64,000 bases of DNA, from assembly GCA_010015585.1 (NCBI GenBank), contig ML975149.1; one strand, 5' to 3'. Source of the stretch: Eremomyces bilateralis CBS 781.70. Lineage: Eukaryota. The notes under the pieces are model-generated. The model was not told the DNA's origin and did no database searches. It saw nothing but the letters and a program-made list of their open reading frames with translations. Each line of letters begins with the position of its first letter. The first letter of the stretch is position 1. Made by a program: the position numbers and the translations under genes. Of this stretch, positions 10,720-24,285 are shown piece after piece.

Positions 10720-13700
10720 ATGGCTGGTATCCCTCCGGAAGACCAGCCGTGGGATAATCGCATTATCATATCGAGCGATGATGAGGACAACGATGATGAT
10801 CCCAACTCGTGGAAGAACACCGACTACTTCAACGACGTTTTTTCAGAGATGGTAGAGGAAGCGACAGCCCCCCAGAACCTGATCCTGACCGAAGAACCAT
10901 CCCCAAATGATGCAGTGCTGGTCAATAAAAATGAGTTCGGCACTAGGATACTCGAGATCTACGGCGACATGGCTCCCAACCACGTCGAGCATTTGTGGAA
11001 TAGCCGCATCATCTCCGCAGCCCCGGACCTCGCGTGGTTTACCAATACGATCACCAGCATTGCGGAAGCGGGAAGTTATCCGCGGAAGGACAAGAAGCGG
11101 AAGCGAGATCCCGAGGACCAGAATGATGGCCTCAACCAGGAGTGGGCATTGAAAACAAGGGATCGAGGCGACAATTATCAAGCCGTAGGGTAAGTCAGCA
11201 GCTTTAGTTTACCTTTCCGTTACCATCGGTTACTTGTGGTGATGGTCGCCCTGTCGATGACGATTGACCGGCGGACCTGACAACTCCAATCTTTTGTACC
11301 ATAGTATCGAGACATTCGTGTCGCCGCAGCGATTTATCAAGGAGCATCATCGCGACCCGGCCTTACTTATTTGGGGGCACAAGTCACGTAGCAACTTTCA
11401 GCGCTTTTGGCCCAGCACAGTGATTATATCCATCTTTTGAACGCGCAGGTTTCAATTACCCTGCATCGCTGTTTTCTCTCTTCACCGCACCCATCTGGTT
11501 GCTAACTATACGCTTCAGCCGAGGGATATTGGCCAACGAGTTCCGAACTGTGCCATTAAACTACATCAAGGACTTGATCTCAGGGGAAGGCTTTCTGTAT
11601 CATGCCTATCTCGAGTTAGAAGCGTGGGAACGTAAAACCACGACGAAGGAAGGCGAAAAACCTTATCACCAGCTCCATCATCCTCGAAAGACTCACGCCT
11701 CCGCTGCTAGCCTAGGTACCCAACGTTTACGTCATGCCATGGCGAAAGAACTCGCTGCCGCCAAAGCGGAGGTTGCAGAACGTATCAATGAAGAGCAGGC
11801 AATCGTACAAGGCCAGACGGTTGAATGCGGCTGCTGCTTTGGCGATACCCCCGTCAATCGGACAGTGTGCTGCCAGTTCCTTCACAAGTTCTGCAGAGAT
11901 TGTGTCCGGCAACTCGCGGCGACGGAGATTGGTAAAGGTCTTCACCAGCTCAATTGCATGCATGAATCCGGTTGCACAACACCGTTTGAGATGTCTACGC
12001 TTCGCGAAGTTCTATCTGAGAAGACCATTCTTGTCATTGAGCGTCGTCGACAGCAAGAGGAGATCGCGGCCGCGGGAATCGAAGGGCTTTGGGATTGCCC
12101 TTTCTGCGACTACAAAGAGATTGTTGGTCCTATTGAAGAGGACCATGAGTTCCGATGCCGCAATCCAGAGTGCTCCATTGTCAGTTGCCGTCGGTGCAAC
12201 GAGAAAAGTCACATCCCCCTTTCTTGTGAGGAGTACCGCAAAGAAAAGAAGTCTACTGCTCGACACGAGGTGGAAGAAGCAATGACCGAAGCTCTTGTGC
12301 GCACGTGCAACAAATGCAGTTTCAAGTTCTACAAAGATGAAGGCTGCAACAAGATTATTTGCAGCAAGTGCCGCAACATGCAATGCTATGTTTGCGGCAA
12401 GAATGTCACCGACTACAATCACTTCCGGTCTGACCGCCCAGGAGCCGGGAATAGCTCAAAATGCCCACTGACTGACGATACGTTCGATCGGCATAAACGA
12501 GAAGTGGAAGATGCTGGTCGAACTGCCCGTGAGAAGCTCAAAAGGGAATACGGGGACCTCACCGATGCAGAACTCACCGTCGAGATGTCCGAGGCCGTGA
12601 AAAAGGCCGAACAAGAACAGGCACGTCGACAAGGAGGACATCATCCACGGCCAGGAGAGGGGTTCGCAGTTCCCATAGCAGAAATCCCCCCCGGCTTCCC
12701 TCGACCCCCAGCTTATGGTGCCTATATGGAGCGGCGCCGACAAATGGACGCCCAAATGGACGCCCAACTTCGACTTTTAGAGGCACACAATCGGCAACGA
12801 CTCCTCCTCGCTCGGGGTGCTCAGGATAATGCGCCTGTAGGCGGCCCAGAAGGCGGGATGGGTAATTTCCAACAAATCCGGGATGGTCTGAGGGATGTCC
12901 AACGCGAACTTCACTATCGTGTACCGGCTGAACCTCCACATCCTCAAGCAACCGGCGCATTAGGCGAAGCAGGCTTGCCGCGGAATAGGGACCACCTAAA
13001 CGACGAGTACCAAGCACAACTAGACAGAATGAACCAAGCGCGAGGCCGACTCGAGGATGCTCGCAATAGGCTCGATGCTCAGATGGAGCGAGCCCGCGAC
13101 AGACCGGGGAGAGATGCTGTAGATGACAACACTCTGGTAGACCTCGGTTCTGACGATGATGATGCGTCGGCTGATTATGAAGAGCAGAACGATCAGAATC
13201 CACCCCCCCTACCTATAATTGACTTGCGTCCACCAAATCACCAGAGAGAGCGCCGCAACCCTCCGCAACCTGCCCACCCTGCGAACAACGCTGCAGTCGG
13301 TCTTCCACCCCGCCAACTTCCTCAGGTACCAGCAGGCTTGCGCTATGAGACTCCATACCACAATCCAGAACAATACGTAATGGATACGTGGGATATACAA
13401 GGAAGAGCAGTCGCGCCTCCCCCACCGGCGAATCCAGCAAATGCCCCCTTTCCCGCCCAACAAAACCCCTACCTTCAAGGCTACGGCAACGTGGGCAATC
13501 CAGGCGACGCACCGGTGCAAGTCGAGCGCCAAGCATTCTGGGGCGACGACTGGGACCGGGCCGGGGCTGCAGGGTTCGAACACCCCGACCCCGAGGCCGC
13601 GGACCACGCCAGGTACGAGGAAGGGCTCATCAACACCCAAATCGCGCTACGTCGCGAGGGAAGGTATGATCGCGCAGACGAGCAGCTCAGGCGGACGGAG

Positions 13701-14066
13701 GTAGCACGGGAACAGGCGAGACGGGAGCAGGCGGAGCGGGTGGCGAAGCGAGAGGCACGGAGAGTGGCGGAGCGGGAGGTAGTGCGGGCGGCAGCGCCAC
13801 GGGTGGAGCAGGCGGCGGAGCGAGAGGCGGCGCGAGAGGCGGCGTTTCTAAGACGGGCTGCGGAACCGCGGCTGCAAGACGAGCGGGTGACGGATTATGA
13901 GAATGAGCATCCGTTGAAGGTGAGGCCGGTGGCCGGGATGGGGAGGTGGGTGATGGAGGGGGACGACGATGAGGATGAGAGCGATGAGGGCGATGAGAGC
14001 GAGGAGGAGGATGAGAGTGAGGAAGACGAGGAAGGCGAAGAAAACGAGGAAGACGAGGAAGACTGA
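10720..14066 (+). CDS. RING-between-RING (RBR) E3 ubiquitin ligase, RNF216/TRIAD3-like
   Basis: Exon 10720 (or 10669)-11189, 329-nt intron (GTAAGT..GCTAAC..CAG), exon 11519-14066, phases compatible. RING1 ECGCCF..HKFCRDC..CMHESGC, IBR CPFC..CRNPECSIVSCRRCNEKSHIPLSC, RING2 CNKC..KDEGCNKIICSKC..CYVC; acidic tail. Confidence 0.9.
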
Positions 14067-15261
14067 GCTCTAAGCGGCCTAGTTCTTCGTGATTGTTCCA
14101 TCAGGGCCTTTCCTCGGGGATTCAGACTTCTGGGTGGATTTCGGCATTATGGGCATTCCACGGTTTCCATCACTTGTTTCTCATTCAACAGGGCGTTCAT
14201 GTATGAGTACCATCGCGGATTCGATGGGGTATATTGGGTGTAGGATCGTGTTGTCTTGATCGACGTCGGAATTCTCCTCTGCTGACGTGTGATCTGCCAC
14301 CAGCAAAGCAGATCGGCATGCACAGCGAAGGGGCGGGATCAAACTGTACAGGTACTTAATGAGATACTAAATATTTTTGGTTGCTTCTAGGAGTTGGCTT
14401 CTACTGTATAGCGCCTGGTTCTCAAAACGTCCCGTTTTTGGGACTCTCTTTCCTTAGCCATGCTTCAATATTTACAAGTGCAAGACCCAAAGGAGATCCG
14501 TTTCTAACTAAATATATTTCCATCATCAATGTCTCATTACATTGCTGATGCTTCCGTATACCTTGCCTCCCAGTTCATAAACCCAGCGGCGGTCGCATCC
14601 ATCTTTACCCATCAAGATTCGCTCGACTGTCCGCTATCCCAACTCCCAACTCCAACCTAACGGGAAAGCCTCAAAGTGTTAGCAATTGGTGCCACGCCAT
14701 GCGTTTTCGGACACCGAAAAGTCCGAAAACCCATGGCGAGACTCCACCTTTGCGAGACATCGACATCATCCAGGACACGGAATACATGGTTGAAAATTCA
14801 AAAGTCATGCCTCTTCGTTTTTGTCCGCCGGTTGGAAAGTGGCTGTAGTGACGTAGCAAATAGGTATGCGCTCAATAGGACCGAAAAAGAAAATTAAATC
14901 GCAGGCTGATTATCATTAATACAGTGTAGACCTGAAGGAGTGTCTTCAGCGCGCTTCCGTGGTTCCCAGAGAATAGTCCTCCCAAATCACATTATTACCC
15001 GAAACGCTTGAAACACCGTGAAAAGGGACGTCCCGTGCCGCTGAGTCCTCCGATATCGTAGCTTTTGCAAAATGCAATGCAATGCAGGGTGTATTCCTAG
15101 GGGTAAAATCCCATCGCTTCATTCTCCAACCCAAATGTTCGCCGTTCATCGTCCATTACGCATATCCGTTTGTATCCCACCCAAAACTCATCGCTCAAAA
15201 CGCCGGAGGTTCAACCGTGACTCCATAGCGCACCACCCATGCACCTCGCTACAAATGCCAA

Positions 15262-17995
15262 TCATTTCCCGGAATAGTTCGCCGGTTCCTCCTTGATGAA
15301 CTGATACACCTTCTGTGGCGGCGGTTGCTGCTGCTGCTCGCTCATTCCCGACCCGTAGCTCTCCTCTTTGCGTGGCGGCTGGTATTGATGCACCTCGAGC
15401 CCCGTGGCGATCATCCCGGGCTGCTGAGGCGGCGCCGTGGCGGAGCCCATGGCGCTGGAGTTGCTGCTGCTGGCGGAGTAGAGGGACTGCATAGAGAGGG
15501 TCGGCTGCAGGTGGTGCGGCTGCGGCGTCAGCTGTTGCGAGTGCGGCGAGTGGCCAGACGAACTGGGGGATGGGCAGTGGAGCGGGTGGAGGTGCGGTGG
15601 TTGCTGCAGTTGCGGGGCGAAGGGTTGGCATTGCGTGTCCATTTGCGCGAACTGAGAGGAGGGCACGCCGACGAACTGCAGCTTGCCGTCGGGTGTAGGG
15701 TAGGCGGATTGCAGGGCACCGGACTCGTTGAACATGGGTACCGGACCCCAGAACGGCGGATTCATGGACATGTCGTCCGTGGTGAGGGACATCTCGTGCG
15801 CGTGGATGTCGGTGGATATCGAGGACATCATGGAGACGTCGGGGAGAGAGGGGCGACGGATGCTCCCGTTCCGGCTTAGCCCTGCAGTGGCGTGATGGTC
15901 CTGGGGATCCTCGAACTGCATCGGCTGCGAGCTGGGCGGGATAACCATCGCTGCGGGTCCGAACGTCTGTTGCGTGGCAGGGGCGCTCTGGGGCGGAGTG
16001 TAATGCATCTGCTGGGCACGGACGTTCATGAATGACTGGTGCTTCAGAACTTGGTCGGCATCCATCGGGGTGGTCGGCGGTGATGTACCAGTGCCCATGC
16101 CCGGAGGGAAGACAGACGAGGTAGCAGATGACAGAGCGAAGGACATGCCGGCAGGATTGTAGGAGTCAGGGGAGGAATGGATGCCGTCGATTTCGCTACA
16201 CGGACCAATGCCATGCATCCACGGCTGAGACAAGTCGGCAGGAGTCAACGGGGTGAGCGGGCCTAGTGCAACTTCAGTTCCTGGGCCGGATGACGTCTGC
16301 GTATTCGCATACGCGAAGTTAGCCGCGTCGGCGAAGTTGAGGTGGTGGGGAGATCGTTGGGTGGGGGTAGGGTTGGTGCTCTTTTGAATGCGACCAGTTG
16401 CCGAAGCGCCGAGTCCGGATGATCGAATGCGGCGCAGGGACAGGTCGGCAGCATGCGTGGCAGAGAGGTTGCCGGGAGATGCAGGGCCAGACATGCCGTG
16501 CGAATAGGACGCGCTCCGAGGGACGGTGAGATTCGCAGGACGGCGGGCTCGACGGTCGCCCAAGCCTGTACGAGTCGGTTGTTTGAAAGGCGACTCGGTT
16601 AGGTCGGGGTCTTGCATATTGCTGTCGAGAAGAGTGTCCGTAATGCCAGCGGCTGAAGACCTGCGTCTCGCCGCGTTTAAAGAACCATTCATATCCGGCT
16701 GGGCATGATTGCCCAACATCTCGTTCTGTTGGCCGGTCAGAGAAGCCGAGTGATCGACCTGCTGGTAGGAGTGCCCTGGAAGGAGAGAATCGGTCTGGAC
16801 TTGACTGGGCCAACACTCGGAAGAAACAATAGGAGTCGAATGAACGCTCTCAAGGCCGGGATTGCTATTCGAGATCTCATCGAAGGCGTCGGCTGTTTGT
16901 ATTGAGATCGAAGGTTCTCCGTCCAATGGCCAAGACCTGAAACCAGTCGCTTCCGGAAAGGGAGGATTCATGGTCGACGAGCATTGCATTGAATCGTCAG
17001 TCATGCTGCCATCGACCTGTGTATTAGCCTGATCGTGAGGTATCGTAATGTGCGGTTCGTCGGAATCCGATTGCGATTGATAGGCGCCCATCTCCGTGGG
17101 TGGAGATGGGTAATACACGTCTCCCCTAGATCCTGAAACCATATGTGGCCGCGACAACTGGAAGCGCATGGATTGTCCCTCCGCTTGGAGATGCCGCGGA
17201 ACGGTGAATCCATTGAGGTCAGGGACCGACTCGGGCACTTCGTATCCAGAAAAAGTTGGATTACCCACATTCTGTTGACCGGAGCTCGGTTGACCTGTTC
17301 CGGGGATGAAGGCAGCATTGCCAAAGTCTCGTCTCGTCGAGGGCCGCGAACCGGATCCTGAGTCGTCGTCGGTGGTTCCGGGCTGGCCAAACGGGGGTAC
17401 CTGAGAGGTCCGCGAACGAGGCGGTACCGCGACCACGCTGATTTGCGCGTTGGGAAGGACATTGATAAGATTTCGTTGGTTCATTTCCTGTTTCTTTGCG
17501 TCTTGCTTCACCTTAGCTCGACGGTTTTGGAACCAATTCTGGTAACGTTAGCTTCTTGCGATCGCACCGAGGGTTCAGTAAACGAAATTGTCATACATTT
17601 ATCTTATCTAACGTAGTTTGCAGGGTTTCAGCAATATCCTTCTTTGTCTGCGTGGTCGGCTTGGGCTCGCCTCGGAAATGGGTTTCGAGAAGCTCGTGTT
17701 GGTCTTTGGTGAGACGAGGTTTGACGTCTCCGCATGGGGGAAGCAAATTGGGGTGCTGCTTCATTTGCAATTCCGTCGCAACCGGTTGCAGCGCGACGGC
17801 GACGTACTGGTCATGCTCGTGATGGTACGTATTCTCCATCGGGTGCGGCCAGTAGGCGGCCAGCTGCGTTTGGGGATGCTGGACGTACATCGTGCCGGGA
17901 GCCGACATGGCCATCATAGCATGCGATATGCGGGCCTCTTCCTCGACCTCGGACTGCGATCGTGGGGTTCGTGGGGTTCGTGAGTTTCGTGACAT
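15262..17995 (-). CDS. Homeobox transcription factor (HbxA/Pah1/Kal-1-like)
   Basis: Exons 17995-17597 and 17538-15262 (intron GTATGA..GCTAAC..CAG). The splice rebuilds the homeodomain KPRLTKDQHELLETHFRGEPKPTTQTKKDIAETLQTTLDKIN/NWFQNRRAKVKQ. Downstream motifs RRARRPANL, LRRIRS, SPPTTP, YTPPQSAPATQQTF. Confidence 0.88.
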
Positions 17996-20900
17996 CTGGG
18001 GAAAGCGAGTGAGAACCGGGTATCGATATGTTGTAATAGTTGATGATGTATCTGGTCGACCGGATGAGAGGAATGGATTAAAGCAAGTATGGTCGTGGTG
18101 GAGATTCCAAATCAACAACGAGAGTGATGTAAATCCGAACAGCGAATGACTCGGAGAATTATGACATTAGTGTCGGAGAGTGGAAGGCACCAAAAAGCGA
18201 ATGTCTGGCACGATGCGAAGATCGTACCGCGGAAGATAGATGAAGGGAAAGACGACGAGGGGAGGACGATGGCGTGGAGGCGAGTAAGGTGACGAGAGAG
18301 GAGACGAGAGAGCGAAGACTGGAGGAAGAAGAAGGTGATCCAACAATGCAGGACGCACAGCCAAGCAGCAAGGGAAAAGGTCTGGCTCTGTCATCGCTCG
18401 CCGAGCTGCTGCGGGCTGCTGATGCGGGTCGCTGGCAGAGCCAGTAGCGGATCTCTTAGTGGCCAGCCCTGTCTGGGGGATACACACTCCTGGGACGCTC
18501 AGACGCCTGACGCCGAGACTGAAGCGCTGGGGGCGATAGTGGAGGGCAGCTGGGCGGGTGTGGGTGACAGGAGAGAGGCGGAGACTTACGGTGCTTGTTC
18601 AACAGGCCAACGGGATCAGGAGTTACAGGGTGACAGGGTCTGAATGCGAATGGATGCAATCATGCAGGAAGGAATCCGGCGAGGCTAAAGCTCGTGAATC
18701 GGTTGGCTCTCTTGCATGGCAGATTCTCGGTCTTCGGAATCTTTATACGAATTTCCTATGATTGTCGACATTCGTGGGAGTATTCCGTAGTTGCGGGATT
18801 CAAGTTCGTAAGGGTTTGGAGAGTGCCCACTCAGGAGCTCCAGTCCCCATCTTACTTTTCCTCTACCGTGGTGGTGTGGTCTGTGTAGACCCAGGAGCGG
18901 AGCTAGATCGTACCTACTATGGATGTTCGTGGTACTCGGGAAGTGGTCGACCAGATGTCCGTTATACGAAGGAGATCGCCGACCTGTCGCTTTTCATGAT
19001 TACCTTCGTTTCCATGTTTGAAGTCTGAGCAATGCTATCAGGTAGAAGTCCAGGAGAGGCCTTCTTTCCTCCTCCATCATGTGATGCGACAAAGGCGACC
19101 TTGAAGCGGATCACGATCACTGGTACCAAAGCCAGCCAGACCTAGTTCGAGGCCTGGGGGTCACTTGATGGAAACCCTGAGTAGGAAGTCCGTTGCACAC
19201 TTCAAACGCTCGCTCGTGGGGCTGTACGTAACTCGAGAGCAATCTGGTTGGAGAGCGGTTTTGCGACCTGGTTTCGTGTGGAGGGTGAGCCTTGTCTCCT
19301 TCGTCCACTCGTCCACGCATGCCGTAGATGCATCCCTCCCTTGAGACTCTAAATTTGGGGTTCGGCGATGCACGCCGCCTTCGCAGTTTCCACCTGCAGC
19401 TGGTCGAACGACTAATTATACTGCTGTACAAAGATGAGACAGGAGCTGGCTGTTTCTTCATGCCTTGATGTATATTCAACAAAGATAGGTGGTTGATATA
19501 CAGTTACTAGTATGTATAGGACTTAATATTTGGCTCGAGAGAAATGAGATATACAGCTTCGCAATGATACTGGTAGGATTGCAGTATTGTGCAGTTTGCA
19601 CGAGGCGCCTGGTTAAACAATGACGAAGGAATCAGGAACCCAGCCTTGACCCTGGTGTCCGGGCATCAGTCATCAGCAAGTTGACAGTCATCTGTCATAG
19701 CCGTCCCGTGGTCCACTCGTTCCGAATGTTCGCACTGAGACATCACTAAGAAACGGTACGGTACTTGCCTTTTGGAAAAATCCTGACAGAGCTAATTACC
19801 GCACTGGGTAATGCTTACAACTGGGTCGTGGCTATGCTGGCTTCCTTCTCGTCAAAAGATGCCAGTTTCTTCGGCCTGTCTGGCAAGTGGCAACATCCGA
19901 GTCGATGGTCAGCTCATGTCCGTTTCACGAATCGGCGAAGAAAGGGGGATGCATGAATCGCTCACCCCGTCCCCGACGCCAATCTGCAGTGCATCGAAGC
20001 GCGGACTGCAGACCTCGTGGCAGGAGGATTCCTCAATCCCGCCATCCACTTCGGAATAATAGCCTAATTAATTATGTCCGATTGACCTCCATTTCGACGC
20101 GAGATCCGGTGTAGCATTGGCCATTGACTTTTCGCAGTTCGTGCCCCCGTACGGAGTAGTGTCGATGGAAATCGGGCGTTATTCTGTTTAGGATGCGATC
20201 TAGTACGATTAGTGTCGACTAGCAAGCGTTCCCCCGCGCGTGCATCACGCCGGGAGCACACCCGAGGATGGCTAGGCCAGGCGAGAGGCAGAGCCGGTCA
20301 AAGTCGAGACCACAATTTGATGGTTGACAGTTCAGGGAAGATCCCAAGCGGTTTGTTGTTGCCTTGTTGGTCTGAAGCTCTCGAGAGACGAAGAGAATCG
20401 TGTGTACCTGAGAACTGAGAAGCAGATGGTTTATCGTCACTTGGTCATCATAACCATGATAATGCTCTCCCTCCAAGCTCGGGATTCCTCTTATCAGAAC
20501 CGATTTCATCAGCGCTTAGATCCGGTAAACGACTTTTGTCGGCGACTTGTCCAACCAGCAAGTAGCAATATCGCAGATTCACACAATGGCAGCGAGCCAG
20601 CGAGCCTTCCACTCATTTCATTGGCCAACTACAATGGTACGGAAGGTTTTCCTTTTGGTTTCACAAGGCACCAGCAACTCGGAGACCTGCAAAGTCCCTG
20701 AATATGATGCTGTTCACCACGAGTGTTCAGCGATTCCGTCGCCTGACTCCCAGCCTCCCAAGTCTGTGGCGTAAAGGCGGCAATTGAGGCGTCCATTGTT
20801 CCCATCAGTTCCCGGCGCTCTCCCAGGGCATTCACCGGCAGCCGAAGCCGGTGGAAGGGAGCGTCCAAGTATTTGAATTTTGAAATGATCGACGTCCTGG

Positions 20901-22651
20901 AAAGGCCCGCTAGACTGCTAAGCAAAGAGGATAAACGTACCATAAGGCATAAAGTCTCCGAATAAGCACCCCCAACTTTCATCGACAAGGTAGTGCTCCT
21001 CGCCCACCCCACCCGTTGGCCGTCTGCTTCCGTGCCTTGCAGCCCTGGAGCGCACCGCGTCCGGCCGGACGACCGACTTTCGCGTGCGTGGACGCCGCTG
21101 CCGGCGAACTGCAGCTGAATGTTGTACTTTTCGGTTCTTTGGAACGTCGGGAGACACGGTGACCGTCGGGGAGAGAAATGAACATGGGAAATTTGGCAAC
21201 GCACCCGTCGGCGGAATGGTGGAGTCACATCGCCAGGTTACGCGGTGCCTTGATTTGTCCACGACAGCTGGTCGCACGCCGGCTGTTGTACGAGCTGGAT
21301 TCCTGCCATTCGCTCGATCAGGACGATGGGCAGATTTCTCCTGAGCGATCATATTCGTGGTGGTCCCGAAAGCTCCAGCAGGACCGTTCGAGAGGTGTTG
21401 GTGACGTACTCCGTACTTTTTTGTAACTCCAGAAACTCTCACAGCACAGCCTCCTTGCAGGCCTTGGCGTAAACTATACGCGTCGATTCTTAGTGATCGA
21501 TACGCCGTGGTATCGTTTCAGCTACTAAATCTTTGTAAAATTGATGCCTTATCGATCATGCTGATGCTGATGCAATGCAGAAGCTGGTGCCATGAACATT
21601 ATATGACAATCTTAGCCAGAGAGAAAAAAAGTATAGCTATGCGTTAATTGCTAAATGGGTATCTCTTATCGAATCACTATCAACTGTCTTTATCTTACGA
21701 GTTTGCGCATAAATCTTCTCATAACTGACTGACGTCCCCACCCTGCATCCCTCTCATCCACTATCTTGGCCGCCTCTACTTCCGCAGTTCCACTCATGTC
21801 GTCTGCGAGCTCTTTGCCAAAGAGTTAGTCGATATCATTCCAGCAGGATCGCGGACGTATAGAACAAATCCATCGGGTGTGGTCCCCAGCCAGGGAGCTC
21901 ATAATCAAGGAGCTCGGGACGGACTTCCTATTCTATCGTGTCGGGAAGAGCCATTTTAGTGTGAAAATAAAAAAATACGAAAGCGATAAAAGTTGAAGAT
22001 TACATTGATTGTTTGCCGGACTGCAGCACAAGAGGATGGTTAGGGGTAGTCACCATGCGTACGCGCGCTAGAGATAGAGCAGCGTAGAAAGACCATGCTG
22101 TATATTCTCAGTACCGTATGGTTGACATCCGCTACAGTTTACTTTCAGCCGTCCTGGCTCGATGAGCAGAATTTTGGACGATGAAGGTACGGAAAAGTAT
22201 TTCTTAGTCCTTGAGACTTCGAATCGGCTACAATATTCGTCAGTCTTACTCCAGCAGACACCTCACTTTACAAGATCTGCAGCTGGATCATGGACCCTTG
22301 AGGCTTGAAGAGCATCCTACTATAGATAGGTATTGTACAAACGGGACGGAGTACCGAACCACCTACTACGGTATCCAAGGCCCACAATGCTTCCGTTCTG
22401 CCCTAATTATCCAGTATCAATCCGTCATACTGGTACATTGTGGAGCATAAGGCCACACATGTAGCAGTGTATCCTTCGATTGCGATGCATGTCTAAGTAT
22501 CTAGAACTCCTGATGAGCCCCTGATTTGAATGAAGGATTCACCGTCGATCCAGGGAATTCTCCCAGGATCACTCCCAACGCCCAACTCTTCACTGACGCT
22601 CCACATTCTCCGATGACATGATGCTTCAACTGTAGCTCTCCTCTCCAGCCA

Positions 22652-23668
22652 CTACCGCAGCGCATCCCGAATCTCAACCGTCACAACTCCCTTCTCCGGA
22701 CCGTAACCCAGAAACCTCACGCTTCTCATGTCTTGAACCACCCAATCTGCTCCGGCCTGCACCAGCTGTTCCACCGTATGCGTCGTCGCCAATGCAACCA
22801 CCTTGAACCCCGCCGCTTTCCCAGCTCTCACCCCCGCTGCTGCATCTTCCAGCACCAGCACCTCCCCGCCACCACCCACCCTCACCACTCCATCTCCATT
22901 CTCCACCCCCTCCCCACCATCCCGTCGTAGCCCCAAACTCCTCGCCGCCATCGCATACCCCTCCGGGCTCGGCTTCCCCTCCGCCACATCCTCCGCCGTG
23001 ACCAAGCACCGCGGGTGCGCGAGCCGCAGCACGTCGAGCCAGCCGGTGACCAGCGGCTTCGTACCGGACGTGATGATCGCCCAGGGCGCGGCGACGGATT
23101 CGAGGGTCTCGAGCAGCGCGCGGGAGCCGGGGATCTCGACGGCCGAGGAGCCATAGAGGAGGGGGATCTGGGCTTCGGCGTGGGTGATGTCTAGGTCATT
23201 AGAACTTTAGGGTTAAGGAGGGGGGGAGGGGGGGTCGGTGTGAGAGGACGGTGAAAGAGTGGTGTTGATGGGGGTTAGGGGGAATGGATCCCAGGGGCCT
23301 TACGTACACTCCCAATTCGCTTTTGACTCGTCGTAGATTCGCAGCACATCGATTGACCGTCGTCCATGGGAGGTCTCCAAAATAACGTTCGGGTCGATTC
23401 CTAGCTCTTTGCCGATTCTGACCCCATCAGTCAGCGCCTACAGGCTATTTCGTGGTGTTCCGCAGATGAGCGATTGTGCTGCTCCGCTTACTTATGCCAA
23501 TGCTGTACGATCGCGGGCGTCGAATCTATGATCGTGCCGTCCATGTCGAATAGCTGCAAAAGGTCAGGAAGGAGGAGTACATGGTAGCCTTGAGGGCTTT
23601 CTAGCTTTCAGACGTACTAGTCCCGTGAAGGCATGCTCCTCAGGAGGGGCTGAGAACGATCCGGCCAT
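22652..23668 (-). CDS. GPP1: HAD-family glycerol-3-phosphate phosphatase (Gpp1/Rhr2/Dog-like)
   Basis: Exons 23668-23618, 23553-23492, 23417-23308, 23190-22652 with canonical introns. Motifs LFDMDGTIIDSTPAI, TSHGRRSID, AIITSGT, GKPSPEGY, VLEDAAAGVRAGKAAG. Confidence 0.88.
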
Positions 23669-24285
23669 CTTGAATCGGAGGGACACGAAAGTGCTGATAA
23701 TGAAGGGTGTACGGAATAGAAATTAAGTCTGGAAGATCATGTAGAGCTGAGACCGTCCCAATGAGCTCTTTATGAAGATTTCCCTCGTCTATCAAGTCTA
23801 ATGGTGACTAAGGGGCAAAAGGCTCTGCCGTCGCATTTAATGTTGGTCGCCTGGATGTCGGAAGGGTTTCCCTTTCGGGCATTGCATCCAGACTATGACA
23901 GCACCACAACAATCCTCTAGCGTAGAAGGCAAGGGAGCACTAATATGAATTAATAGTCTTCGCTCTGGATGTCCTCTTCCAGCCAAAGTTAACAGAGAGT
24001 CGTATAACTATGTAATTATCGACTTCAATTATTAAGAGTGAGAGTCATACTTCAGGAAGGGTAATGATTGAGTTTCGGTGCTCAGAAGATACTGCCATGC
24101 AATTAGGTCCCCCAATTTATGAGGTTGTCTAGGACTATATACGATATTTGAACTGGAACAATCGAAGCTGATCGATATGCTTAGAAAGCGTTGCTTAGAT
24201 CGGGTTCTGAAGCGTCTCAAAAAGATTTCCTAAGCCAAACTGGTCAATTTTCCGTACCCACTCACCACCAAGCATGCTCCGATGT

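Noticed and set aside
19117..22450. ORFs up to 199 aa upstream of the homeobox gene
   Set aside because: Non-ATG starts or arbitrary composition; more likely regulatory DNA.
23203..23282. Telomere-like TTAGGG words or a telomerase template
   Set aside because: Isolated copies inside the pyrimidine-rich third intron of GPP1.
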